Source of the DNA: a virus
Taxonomy: Duplodnaviria; Caudoviricetes
DNA: 64,000 bases
Strand: one strand, 5' to 3'
IMG/VR virus record: IMGVR_UViG_3300021400_000552
Coordinates: 51,676-115,675 of that record
Notes under the pieces: model-generated
What the model saw: the letters and a program-made list of their open reading frames with translations, nothing else
Databases searched by the model: none
Told to the model about the DNA's origin: nothing
Shown: positions 55,566 through 64,000 of the stretch, in pieces
Position numbering within the stretch: the stretch's first letter is position 1
Layout of the letters: each line of letters starts with the position of its first letter
Translations under genes and position numbers: made by a program

Positions 55566-55737
55566 CCATAAATAGCGCGGCATTGTCCCGTACTACCGCA
55601 CTGGTGATGATTTGAGTTCCGATTCAAAAATAAAAAGTTATTTTTATTTTTGATGAGTGAACTCAAATTGTTTGTTCGAAGCATTTTCGCTTTGACAACT
55701 TTGATTACACCAAAAGATACCGTTTTATTATTTATGG
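55566..55737 (-). ncRNA. Retron-like ncRNA, short variant copy B, directly after the RT
   Basis: 9 bp inverted repeat CCATAAATA (55566-55574 / 55729-55737), hairpin UUUUG-GUGUAAU-CAAAG (55699-55715) and a long msd-like hairpin at 55610-55668. It lacks the GCAU motif. Confidence 0.55.
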
Positions 55738-55792
55738 CAATAGATCCCTGTTGTAGATAATCCACGTTCATACGGGTGTCGTGGCAACATTC

Positions 55793-57109
55793 TTAAATAG
55801 ATGCGGCTTTGATATCTGCTTTGATTGCAGTCATGATATCGAAACCGTATTTCGTATTGTACTTTTGAATGATTTCACTAATTGGTTTTGACTCTACCGA
55901 TTTACAATATGCTATCTCTCCCTGCAGCTGCTGCAGATCGCTGAGATTCCATGCGAGAGCATTACGTCTATCCATTGCGTAATTCGAAAGCGCCGCCTTG
56001 AGACGTTTCTTACGTTTATGCCCAACAGTAACCTCATAATTTTGATTATACATTACTCCAAGCATCCAGTTCGCACCGGCATTGGAACCAAAATGTGTCT
56101 TCTCATGATTCAATTTCATCGGGGCATCGTACATTTCAAGGACCGCATTCACGTAACCAATAATTTCATTCGGATCAAACTTCATACGATTTGAAATCGT
56201 GATATCATCAGCATATCTCGTGTATACGAAATTATATTCCTTATCTCCATTTGGGGATTTTACTGCGTGCTTTTTTAAACCGTTGCTGATTTTCTGATCA
56301 ATTGCAATCATAATGATATTTGTCAGCATAGGGGAGAGTGGCGTGCCCTGTGGCAATCCACCATTTAAGAACGCAAGACTCAAACAATTTCTTAAAGTCT
56401 CTTCTCCAAGAGGTAATTTAACAAATTCTGAAAACGGATACACTTCAGATAGCATTTTTATTGTAAAATCTGGTGTAATACTACCAAAGAAATTACTGAA
56501 ATCAAGTTTGAGCTCCCAATTTGACTTGTTTGCAGCATGCTTTCTTACTGCATCTACCGGGCACCGTTTTGGCACATACGCAAAAGCCGATGTGTGATAT
56601 GTACAACCATCCATGAGCGCTTCAAACATCACTTTTAATGTTCTGAGGGCGTCTTCCAGTTCCTTACATGGGGCATCAATCCGTCTCCACTTCTTTTTCC
56701 CAGGCTTACGTTTTGGGAGATAAAATGTGCGATACATACCGCAATATACGTATCCTCGCTCATTTAAAACAGATGTCACATACTCACGCTTTTCGTATTC
56801 ATCCGTAATGCCTTTTTCTCGCGCCTCTTTCTCTAACTCGACCTGCAGTTCATAATTATAATTCGGATTTCCATCCACCAACAGATGCTTATTATTCTTA
56901 TAAAACTGCTGCATTGCTACTATTTGCTGATCAATTCTAAGTTCGCGTTTCTTTTCTGGTGTAATATGATCATAGTACACCGTACGTGTACCTGTAGTCT
57001 GAAACACCGTCGGAGGCGCGAACATCTGCATTGTCACCAGACCATTTAAGAAATCAATAAGATCAACCTTATGAGCCTTAGGCTTTAATCTGCTAACTAC
57101 ATACGGCAT
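55793..57109 (-). CDS. Retron-type reverse transcriptase
   Basis: RRIDAP..L, HTSAFAY..DAVRKH (region X-like AxxH), LKLDFSNFFGSI, LPQGTPLSP.L.N, YTRYADDITIS and MLGV (region Y VTG-like). Confidence 0.9.
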   Translation of the reverse strand: MPYVVSRLKPKAHKVDLIDFLNGLVTMQMFAPPTVFQTTGTRTVYYDHITPEKKRELRIDQQIVAMQQFYKNNKHLLVDGNPNYNYELQVELEKEAREKGITDEYEKREYVTSVLNERGYVYCGMYRTFYLPKRKPGKKKWRRIDAPCKELEDALRTLKVMFEALMDGCTYHTSAFAYVPKRCPVDAVRKHAANKSNWELKLDFSNFFGSITPDFTIKMLSEVYPFSEFVKLPLGEETLRNCLSLAFLNGGLPQGTPLSPMLTNIIMIAIDQKISNGLKKHAVKSPNGDKEYNFVYTRYADDITISNRMKFDPNEIIGYVNAVLEMYDAPMKLNHEKTHFGSNAGANWMLGVMYNQNYEVTVGHKRKKRLKAALSNYAMDRRNALAWNLSDLQQLQGEIAYCKSVESKPISEIIQKYNTKYGFDIMTAIKADIKAASI

Positions 57110-57130
57110 ACTACTTTCTCCTTCCTTTTA

Positions 57131-57388
57131 TTATTTACAATTTTCAAGAAAACTCATTACATCGTCTACTTCTGGAGCACCAGGTACGCTCATAATCGTG
57201 CCACCAACACTCATGAAATCAAAAAGACCTTCGATATAATATCCAAGGTCACTCTCCTGTTCCTGCGTAAGATGGTAAGTAGCATATATTTCATCATAAA
57301 GATCTGACTTAATGTTTTCAATTATCTCAGCCGCATCCTGTGCGGCACAAATAGCTTCTACAAGCCGTTCTTCAATAGCATCTTTCAT
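57131..57388 (-). CDS. Small acidic hypothetical protein (85 aa) between E1 and RT
   Basis: GGAGG RBS before the ATG at 57388; coupled to both neighbours. Confidence 0.6.
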   Translation of the reverse strand: MKDAIEERLVEAICAAQDAAEIIENIKSDLYDEIYATYHLTQEQESDLGYYIEGLFDFMSVGGTIMSVPGAPEVDDVMSFLENCK

Positions 57389-57389
57389 A

Positions 57390-58088
57390 TCATACCTCCT
57401 CTGGCAGATCATCACGCCGAAAAGCATCAATTGCATGCCATTTTGTATCATAGAAAATAACTTTATGGAGTTTACGACGATCTTTAACAAACTGAACAAA
57501 GTTATTCACACCCTCACTTACGATCCCCATAATTGTATAGAAAATCGACAACGTTTCATGGCAAGCAGACATCGGTGTCTGCGCATCAGCTTCTTCCTGT
57601 GTAAAATCAAGAGATGCAAAAAGCGCATCCTTCATTTCCACACTTGACCAATCCGCAGCATAATGCTGCGCGTCTTCAAGCCGCATACGAAAATCGAACA
57701 CCGCAATAACATTCGGATTATATTTATTATTGTTGACTATCGCCTGCCTGATTTTTAAGGAATCAACAGCCATAAACACATAACCGTCAAGCTGTTCGTC
57801 CTTATACCAGCCTTTGGTTTTTACCGTGTGCTCGCAATCTGGATTTATCTCGGCCATGATTGCTTTTAATGATTCTGTCTTCGGCTTACCTATATCAATT
57901 GACCGGTACATCTGGTTTGCCACGTTTTTACCTTCAACGATATCATCATCCCATAGGGTAATGTTGGTCAGACCCAACTTAGCGAGCAGAAAAGCGATGG
58001 TTGATCCGATAGCGCCACATCCAACGATGTGAATTTTTTCTTTGACAGAATCCGGCTGAAAAAACTCATAATGCTTATTTGTATCCAT
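57390..58088 (-). CDS. ThiF/E1-like adenylating enzyme
   Basis: IVGCGAIGS, DDDIVE.KN..NQ, GKPK, AVDS..IR, D.R and a C-terminal SAC cysteine. Confidence 0.88.
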   Translation of the reverse strand: MDTNKHYEFFQPDSVKEKIHIVGCGAIGSTIAFLLAKLGLTNITLWDDDIVEGKNVANQMYRSIDIGKPKTESLKAIMAEINPDCEHTVKTKGWYKDEQLDGYVFMAVDSLKIRQAIVNNNKYNPNVIAVFDFRMRLEDAQHYAADWSSVEMKDALFASLDFTQEEADAQTPMSACHETLSIFYTIMGIVSEGVNNFVQFVKDRRKLHKVIFYDTKWHAIDAFRRDDLPEEV

Positions 58089-59341
58089 TATGCTCCCTCC
58101 TTATTTCTAACTTCCTTTTTTTGATTTGCAATATAAACACTGATTACTCCGTTGTCGAATTCAACGTTTTCTGCTGGAGCTAAAATCATATCCATGATTT
58201 CATCCTCATTATCGGGAATCACAGCGGTGATATGTTCACCGTCTTCACTGTCTTCCCAAACAGAAAAGAACGAAACATTCTCTTCAATAATTCCCTCTAC
58301 TAATCTCATCAAAACGCAATCATTTGTAACTGGATGTCCAGGAATCAATTCGTCGTCTGTAACAATCAGGCGATAAATGTTCCCGCCAATCTCGTCCTCA
58401 ATAATTACATCATTCTTATAATCAAAAATGCGTTCATTTAAAACTTCGGTTACCTCAACGGAATCACTTTTTACTTCAATGTCATATGCCCTGCCAGACA
58501 CGGACCCGATGTCGTCGTAATTATCATCGTCATCTTCGCCGTAAAGTGATTTGTAATATTCGGATATCCACTCCTCACCGTAGTATCCGTAATCCTCACT
58601 TACATCATTGCTGGCTTTTGACGTACCATTAGTTGATACGACATCATTCTTGTCATCTTTTTTATTGTAATTGTTATTTTTCTGATTACGATTTTGAACG
58701 TATGTATTATAGCCACCATAATTGTATCCAGTCGCGACCTCATGATTCGCACCAAATGCTCCGCCACCCTGACTGGAGTATGTGCCCTTGTTGAACAAGA
58801 ACGCGGTTGTCGGCCGAATATCACGCACCAAAGTCTTTGTTTCTTCGAAATACTCAAGATTTGTTTTCCCGTATTCGACCTCGATCATGACATTTACATC
58901 ATTCTTTACGTACGCCTTATCTGTTTCTCCATCATATACCCACCAGTACATATCACAACGTTTGTTCATGATTACACAAATTGCGAATTTGTTTTCCAAA
59001 GCGGCACACGATGTTTGCGCAAACCGCTTAAACATATCAGTATCGGTGCCAGATGGATATGTCGCCATGTTCACATGTGAATGACCCCAAAGCCGTCTTG
59101 AGTTATATGTTTCATCATCTAAGGTATCGAGCCATTTGCGGAATTCAAGAGGATCATCGCGTTCATCATCCACAAAACATCCACTTGTATATTGGGGGAA
59201 AACCAGAATGTCCTTAATGCGATATTCAAGATGCCCAACCTGTTCACAGGTTCCAAACCATCCGACCTCTTTATCATACCCCATTACAAGTGTCTGCATC
59301 TTCATCCACGCAATTGGTGAAATTCTAATTGTTGCTCCCAT
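58088..59341 (-). CDS. JAB/MPN+ metalloprotease with acidic C-terminal extension
   Basis: EVGWFG and GHSHVNMATYPSGTD (E..HxHx7SxxD). Confidence 0.85.
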   Translation of the reverse strand: MGATIRISPIAWMKMQTLVMGYDKEVGWFGTCEQVGHLEYRIKDILVFPQYTSGCFVDDERDDPLEFRKWLDTLDDETYNSRRLWGHSHVNMATYPSGTDTDMFKRFAQTSCAALENKFAICVIMNKRCDMYWWVYDGETDKAYVKNDVNVMIEVEYGKTNLEYFEETKTLVRDIRPTTAFLFNKGTYSSQGGGAFGANHEVATGYNYGGYNTYVQNRNQKNNNYNKKDDKNDVVSTNGTSKASNDVSEDYGYYGEEWISEYYKSLYGEDDDDNYDDIGSVSGRAYDIEVKSDSVEVTEVLNERIFDYKNDVIIEDEIGGNIYRLIVTDDELIPGHPVTNDCVLMRLVEGIIEENVSFFSVWEDSEDGEHITAVIPDNEDEIMDMILAPAENVEFDNGVISVYIANQKKEVRNKEGA

Positions 59342-60706
59342 TTATATCTCCCCCTTTTCGATTGCCTTAATGAGTTCATGGAAATTGCGATATTCACCAT
59401 CTGGACACTCAATGCACTGTTTTGACTCAATGCCGTCAATGAAAATATTGGCCGCATAACTATCATATAACGTGAATTGCTGTGTCGCATATGCGATAGC
59501 ATTCATGGCTTCAAACACTCTTGCCTGCTTTAAGTATCCAATAATTGTTGTTGATGCAGTGCCAAAACAACTGATGCTGCTATTAAGATGAGGATGATTC
59601 ATAGAATGTTCGCGCTTTATATTCGTGGCAACATCAACAGTATAGTTATACATGTCAATATTGATGATTCCACACGTCCACACGATGCAATCTTTATCCT
59701 CGATAATACGCTTATATGCCTCCTTAACTACATCAATGTCATAGCCACCAACAAATCTGTCTAAGAACATCGAAGACGAGGATGCGTTCTTAATCATTGA
59801 CTCATATTCATCTTCTGTACTGTAAGATGTCAGCGGCACGCGGTATGCGAGATAAACCTTGTCATTTGAAACATGATCAAGCTTATAATCGAATGGCGAC
59901 TCCTGAATGAACTGGCGCAATTCGGTAATCGGATTTTCAAATTCGCACTGCGAATTCTCGATAGCATTTAGTTGAATCTTCAGCTCACGGATTTCAGTTG
60001 CAAGCTTCATAAACGCTGCGCAATAATCTTCATAACTACGCTGTTTATAATCCAGCTCATCGCGGATATTCTGAGAACGATTTTTTAAGATGCGCTCACC
60101 CATTTTGTCCAGCTTCTCTTGTTCAATCCTTTCAATAATACCGCTATCCCGAATAGTTTCCTCAAAAATTTCATTCATCTTCTGAATTCCATCTTCGCTG
60201 ATAATCGCAACAGCAGTATCCCGCACAATCTGCATCTGTTCTTCGGATAAGCCATCAAAATACCATGGCAATAATTTTGTAATCAGCGACAACAGCATCT
60301 GTCGCGTTCCATATCCGATGACAGACGAATATGAGGCGGTTGCATCCATCTTAGTGATCTGAACAATGGCACGTTCTGGGATCGAGTAGATCTGGTACAT
60401 TTGTTCATCTTCGTCAGCACCGATACTATTGTTTATAAACGCCGACGTTAATTCGTCCAACGCGTCCATCTTAATGGGTGCGCCGCCAATTACAATAGCG
60501 TTGCATGCGTCATCAGCAACGCCGTAATCTGCCGCATCAATCAATTTGATGGGCGTATCATTAAAACGGAAGTTTAGATCAAGTTTTAACTTATAAATTA
60601 ACAACAGCTTTAAGAAGTTTTCCCCCTCTAAATTGTTAAGAAACGAAATCGTTTCAAATTCATCCACAAACAACTGATACACATCGATAATTCTATCTCG
60701 ATCCAT
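59342..60706 (-). CDS. Coiled-coil protein with C-terminal prokaryotic E2-like domain
   Basis: NHPHLNSSISCFG matches the E2 HPx...C-hydrophobic-G signature; it lies between the Ubl and JAB genes. Confidence 0.6.
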   Translation of the reverse strand: MDRDRIIDVYQLFVDEFETISFLNNLEGENFLKLLLIYKLKLDLNFRFNDTPIKLIDAADYGVADDACNAIVIGGAPIKMDALDELTSAFINNSIGADEDEQMYQIYSIPERAIVQITKMDATASYSSVIGYGTRQMLLSLITKLLPWYFDGLSEEQMQIVRDTAVAIISEDGIQKMNEIFEETIRDSGIIERIEQEKLDKMGERILKNRSQNIRDELDYKQRSYEDYCAAFMKLATEIRELKIQLNAIENSQCEFENPITELRQFIQESPFDYKLDHVSNDKVYLAYRVPLTSYSTEDEYESMIKNASSSSMFLDRFVGGYDIDVVKEAYKRIIEDKDCIVWTCGIINIDMYNYTVDVATNIKREHSMNHPHLNSSISCFGTASTTIIGYLKQARVFEAMNAIAYATQQFTLYDSYAANIFIDGIESKQCIECPDGEYRNFHELIKAIEKGEI

Positions 60707-60740
60707 CCAGTAGTTCCTCCTTTCTTTTTTTATGGTTTAG

Positions 60741-61074
60741 TTATTGCAATCAACGATTAATTTGCAGATCAGGAAAGGTCGTCGGGTGGACCCGTGCGCT
60801 GGTACTTACTTATTTTATTTTAATTTTGCACGAGACATTTTGTTGTTTCGCTCGCATCGCCCCTTGGAAATTTCTTTTCTTTTTAGGATTTCGAGTTGCA
60901 TCCAACGTCCTTTTGTGATGATATGTCATTTGGGAGTTTCGGATGGCTGTAATGAACTCTGGTGCGTGCCTTCCTGGAGGTGGCAGCATTTCCGGCAGGC
61001 GTCCTTGTTCCTGATCGAAACGACGGCATGGATAACACCCATGTCACTCATAAAAGAGTTATGCATTGCAATAA
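60741..61074 (-). ncRNA. Retron-like msr/msd ncRNA, copy A, inside the Ubl operon
   Basis: 10 bp inverted repeat TTATTGCAAT (60741-60750 / 61065-61074), GCATAA, and the hairpin CAUGG-GUGUUAU-CCAUG at 61027-61043. Confidence 0.72.
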
Positions 61075-61127
61075 AAAATAAGGACGAGCTCACGCTCGCC
61101 CTTTAGTAAATATTATCTTATAACTTA

Positions 61128-61379
61128 TTAAGCACCAGTTGTTTTTGCGGTTTCATACAGCTGGATCGCGGCTCCCGGAGCAGCGTACCCTCTTGCGTAA
61201 GCCTGGTCGAATGTCATATCCAGGTCACCGCCACTGATTACCGCTCCGTTAATGGAGAACTGCGCCGTCATAAGTGCGCCCTTTTCTTCAAGATACTGCC
61301 TTACTGTCTTGTTTCCTGCGATGATTTCTTCCGGGTGTCTCTGAGCTGTGCTTACGAATCTTACCTTAACCTGTGTCAT
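61128..61379 (-). CDS. Ubiquitin-like (beta-grasp) protein
   Basis: 83 aa with V.V.FV, TVRQYL, INGA and DLD.TF, ending KTTGA; upstream of E2, JAB and E1. Confidence 0.65.
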   Translation of the reverse strand: MTQVKVRFVSTAQRHPEEIIAGNKTVRQYLEEKGALMTAQFSINGAVISGGDLDMTFDQAYARGYAAPGAAIQLYETAKTTGA

Positions 61380-61491
61380 AATGTATTCTCCTTTTCTTGT
61401 TTAATAAATAGTCTCTTGATTATTTTGTTTGCATCTCATAACATAAGGCGGAACAACATGCTCCGCCTTACCAATTATTTGTGACTGTCTC

Positions 61492-61893
61492 TTACAGTTC
61501 GACCTCGTCGATGGTGTCAGCAATGGCCTGCACCTTATCGTCAGCCTCCTTAATTGCAGCCATGACCTGCTTCTCAACCTTTGCCAGATTTGCGAGAGCC
61601 ATTCCGTACTCATCCAGCATCCATTCCTTTGTGTCGCCCATGCCGTCCTCCGGCACGCCCATCCAAGCGATGAGCTTTTCGCCCACCTTGATGAACACCG
61701 CGCTGTAATCCTTCAGCTCTCCGAACACCTGTCCGCAGAACGCCCCCTCAGATGCCAGGACGGAGAATTTTTCATCACCATCCTCATCAACGATCTTCAG
61801 CGCCTCCGGCGCATATCTTGCAACTTTTGCAAAATCCTTTGCCGGAACATCCAGAGCAATACCTACCAGATTTTCGATCTTCTTTACCTTCAT
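61492..61893 (-). CDS. Hypothetical protein
   Basis: 133 aa with an AAGGAG RBS, immediately upstream of the Ubl gene. Confidence 0.6.
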   Translation of the reverse strand: MKVKKIENLVGIALDVPAKDFAKVARYAPEALKIVDEDGDEKFSVLASEGAFCGQVFGELKDYSAVFIKVGEKLIAWMGVPEDGMGDTKEWMLDEYGMALANLAKVEKQVMAAIKEADDKVQAIADTIDEVEL

Positions 61894-62013
61894 GTACTTT
61901 TCTCCTTTTCTCTATAAATGAGTGTAATAAGAATTGATATATAAACACTCGGCCACACTATCGACCAGCGTGTTTATCTTGAATAGAACAATTAACGCTT
62001 ACCATTTAATCCA

Positions 62014-62244
62014 TCAGCCAGAACCTTCTAACTTACGGAGTGCTTTGAGTAACTCACCAATTTCATCTGCGGTAAAGGTGACACCCTTACCCATCTTGTC
62101 ATGGTCTGGCGACCAATCGCGGATGTCGAATTTAGGGTCCCGCCCATTCCATGACACCCGATTGAGCTCTTTGCGCCACCCTTTCGGGCTTTCACTTAGC
62201 ACTGCAATATGCTCCTTGATTTCAAAACTTACTCCATTCGCCAT
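62014..62244 (-). CDS. PC4/YdbC-family ssDNA-binding protein
   Basis: FEIKEHI.VLS..KGW.KELN.VSWNG..PKFDIRDWSPDH.KMGKG.T. Confidence 0.85.
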   Translation of the reverse strand: MANGVSFEIKEHIAVLSESPKGWRKELNRVSWNGRDPKFDIRDWSPDHDKMGKGVTFTADEIGELLKALRKLEGSG

Positions 62245-62522
62245 TCTTTAATACCTCCCTTCAAGAATCAATCCGCATGCCAGCCCAATACTCGGCATCT
62301 GGCACGATGTTATATTGCAAAACCCCCTTTGTATCAATTTTTTGGAGCAATACCGATTCATCATCGTACAATGTTACTGTTGTTATGCTGCCATCTGGAG
62401 CACGCTCATCAAGCAGCAGTGGATCAAAAAGCTCGTTATTTTCAAACGCAATAACTGTTGAGTCGAACTGTTCTTTAGTGACTGTCAGATATGGAATAGA
62501 CACATAATCACCTCCCTATCAA

Positions 62523-63218
62523 CTACAACATTTGTAATAGAACATCCTGTGTCAGCGGCTTTGGTTCCCAAGTGTGTACTGGTGTACACTCCACATTCGC
62601 ATGATGATTTTCCGTTGTGCTATAGTATTTACTATCCTCCATCATTTCATTAAAGGTATAATATGTCTCATCGACACCACAATCATACCCACTTATGTAT
62701 CCATACTCGCCAACATAATCCTCACCATCCATTGCCCGATCTCTACCAAACTCATAATAGTCAATATAGTCTTCAATCCAGTCTGGCAATTCGTTACATT
62801 CGAAATACGATCGAGCCACTTCTCTACCATAACCTTCGTAGCTCTCTCCATATTCGTATGTGTAATAATTTATGTCTTCGGACTGCAAACACAAATTACA
62901 AAATACTTCAAGATCGCTACATCCGGCCCAATCAATGTAAGCCTCTACACTTGGTGTCCATGTATCACAATCGCCCCATAATTCTTCCGCTAAATTAATC
63001 AATAACGGATGGTTACAAGACTCCATCAATCCTTCAACCGGCGTTTCCGTACTTATTTCAACCACGTCAACATTTTCAATTTCTTCGCTATCCGCCTCCT
63101 CTTCATCGTATTCAACACCTAACTGGTTGAGTGCATCAAAATAATCTTGCCGTTTAAATGGCGTGTTTATCTTGACGATCTCTCCCGTCGTTGCATTCTG
63201 CAACCATATATAACTCAT
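62523..63218 (-). CDS. ArdA-like antirestriction (DNA mimic) protein
   Basis: Very acidic, with the C-terminal ELPDWIEDYIDYYEFGRD motif. Confidence 0.6.
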   Translation of the reverse strand: MSYIWLQNATTGEIVKINTPFKRQDYFDALNQLGVEYDEEEADSEEIENVDVVEISTETPVEGLMESCNHPLLINLAEELWGDCDTWTPSVEAYIDWAGCSDLEVFCNLCLQSEDINYYTYEYGESYEGYGREVARSYFECNELPDWIEDYIDYYEFGRDRAMDGEDYVGEYGYISGYDCGVDETYYTFNEMMEDSKYYSTTENHHANVECTPVHTWEPKPLTQDVLLQML

Positions 63219-63789
63219 CACCACCCTCCTTTCTTGCATTTGCAATATCCTCCATTGCCTCGCCATATGTATCGGCGCTGCAATAAAAAACGCCGTCACG
63301 TTTGACGACGTAATGACCGTATTCATGTACTATTTTATACATTGTTCTACACCTCAAGTCAGCACGGTAACTTCTACATCCTCCGGGATGACGATCATAC
63401 CTTTGATTGCATCAAAAATTTCCGCGCCAGTCATCTCTCGATATAACTTTGTCAACAGAATCATACCGCCATCATCATCGACAAACGCAGGTTCGTAATG
63501 ATTCTCGCAGCTGAGCCGAAATGTACAGTAATCGATATAGTCAACATATCCCTGTTGAATGTCCTCCTCCAGTAGATTGTCGCCAGTGCCCTCACAGAAA
63601 GCAATGTACAGGCCGCCGCATCTATCGTACGGGTCATCTACATAAAGCATAGTCTCACATCCCTTATGAGTGTTGAGATAATCGTATACATCTTTTCTAT
63701 ACATAATCCACACCCTCCTCTATTAACTCAATAAGAATCGGCGGTCGATGTTGGCGGGAACACCCGCTCAATCACCGCCGCCCTGTAAA

Positions 63790-63866
63790 TGGTGCCCATA
63801 CTGGGATTCGAACCCAGACTATACGGATTTTGAATCCGTCGTCTCTGCCAATTGGACTATATGGGC
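63790..63866 (-). tRNA. tRNA with CAA anticodon (Leu), short variable loop
   Basis: ACGGA-TTCAAAA-TCCGT, GTTCGAATC and CCA; 77 nt. Confidence 0.8.
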
Positions 63867-64000
63867 ATAAGAAAAGAGTGGCTTTGCTGAATTTCCTTGG
63901 CTCCCCATTTGTATGGCCAAAATTCTTTGTGCACTTGGTGGGTAATGTTGCATCCCTCAACCGCTTTGCTTCTTGGGTACGAGGGTCGACCTCGCTCAGC

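Noticed and set aside
54502-55737. CRISPR array
   Set aside because: The shared motifs are not identical, regularly spaced repeats, and there is no cas operon. The PD-(D/E)XK gene belongs to the replication module.
55793-57109. RT as a diversity-generating retroelement or group II intron
   Set aside because: The motifs are retron-like. I saw no TR/VR pair differing at adenines, no Avd-like gene, and no maturase/endonuclease domain or domain V hairpin. The tail genes were not exhaustively aligned.
60744-61106. 120 aa + strand ORF
   Set aside because: It is antisense within a minus-strand operon and coincides with ncRNA copy A.

Overview
This window is a 64 kb piece of a large temperate phage, probably infecting a Firmicute (Bacillota), and apparently in the non-integrated state. 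The + strand (1-16011) carries tail fibre/LamG, holin and endolysin genes. A tyrosine integrase with a tRNA-Cys-derived attP follows, and nearly everything after that is on the - strand. That arm holds nucleotide metabolism genes (dut, nrdG, nrdD split by a group I intron carrying a GIY-YIG endonuclease, gmk-like, thyX-like) and a replisome (DnaE, primase, DnaB-like helicase, AAA ATPase, SSB-like). It also has MazF, an RNA ligase, a shuffled Zn-ribbon accessory region and a tRNA cluster with an HNH insertion and a candidate large structured RNA. The standout is at 54.5-61.4 kb. One retron-type reverse transcriptase is accompanied by three clear and one variant dispersed retron-like msr/msd ncRNAs. 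These share a covarying hairpin with a GUGUWAY loop and the same priming architecture, but their long branched template regions are unrelated. They are interleaved with a complete ubiquitin-like cassette (Ubl, E2-like, JAB, E1/ThiF). All calls come from reading motifs by eye; no database searches or folding programs were run.
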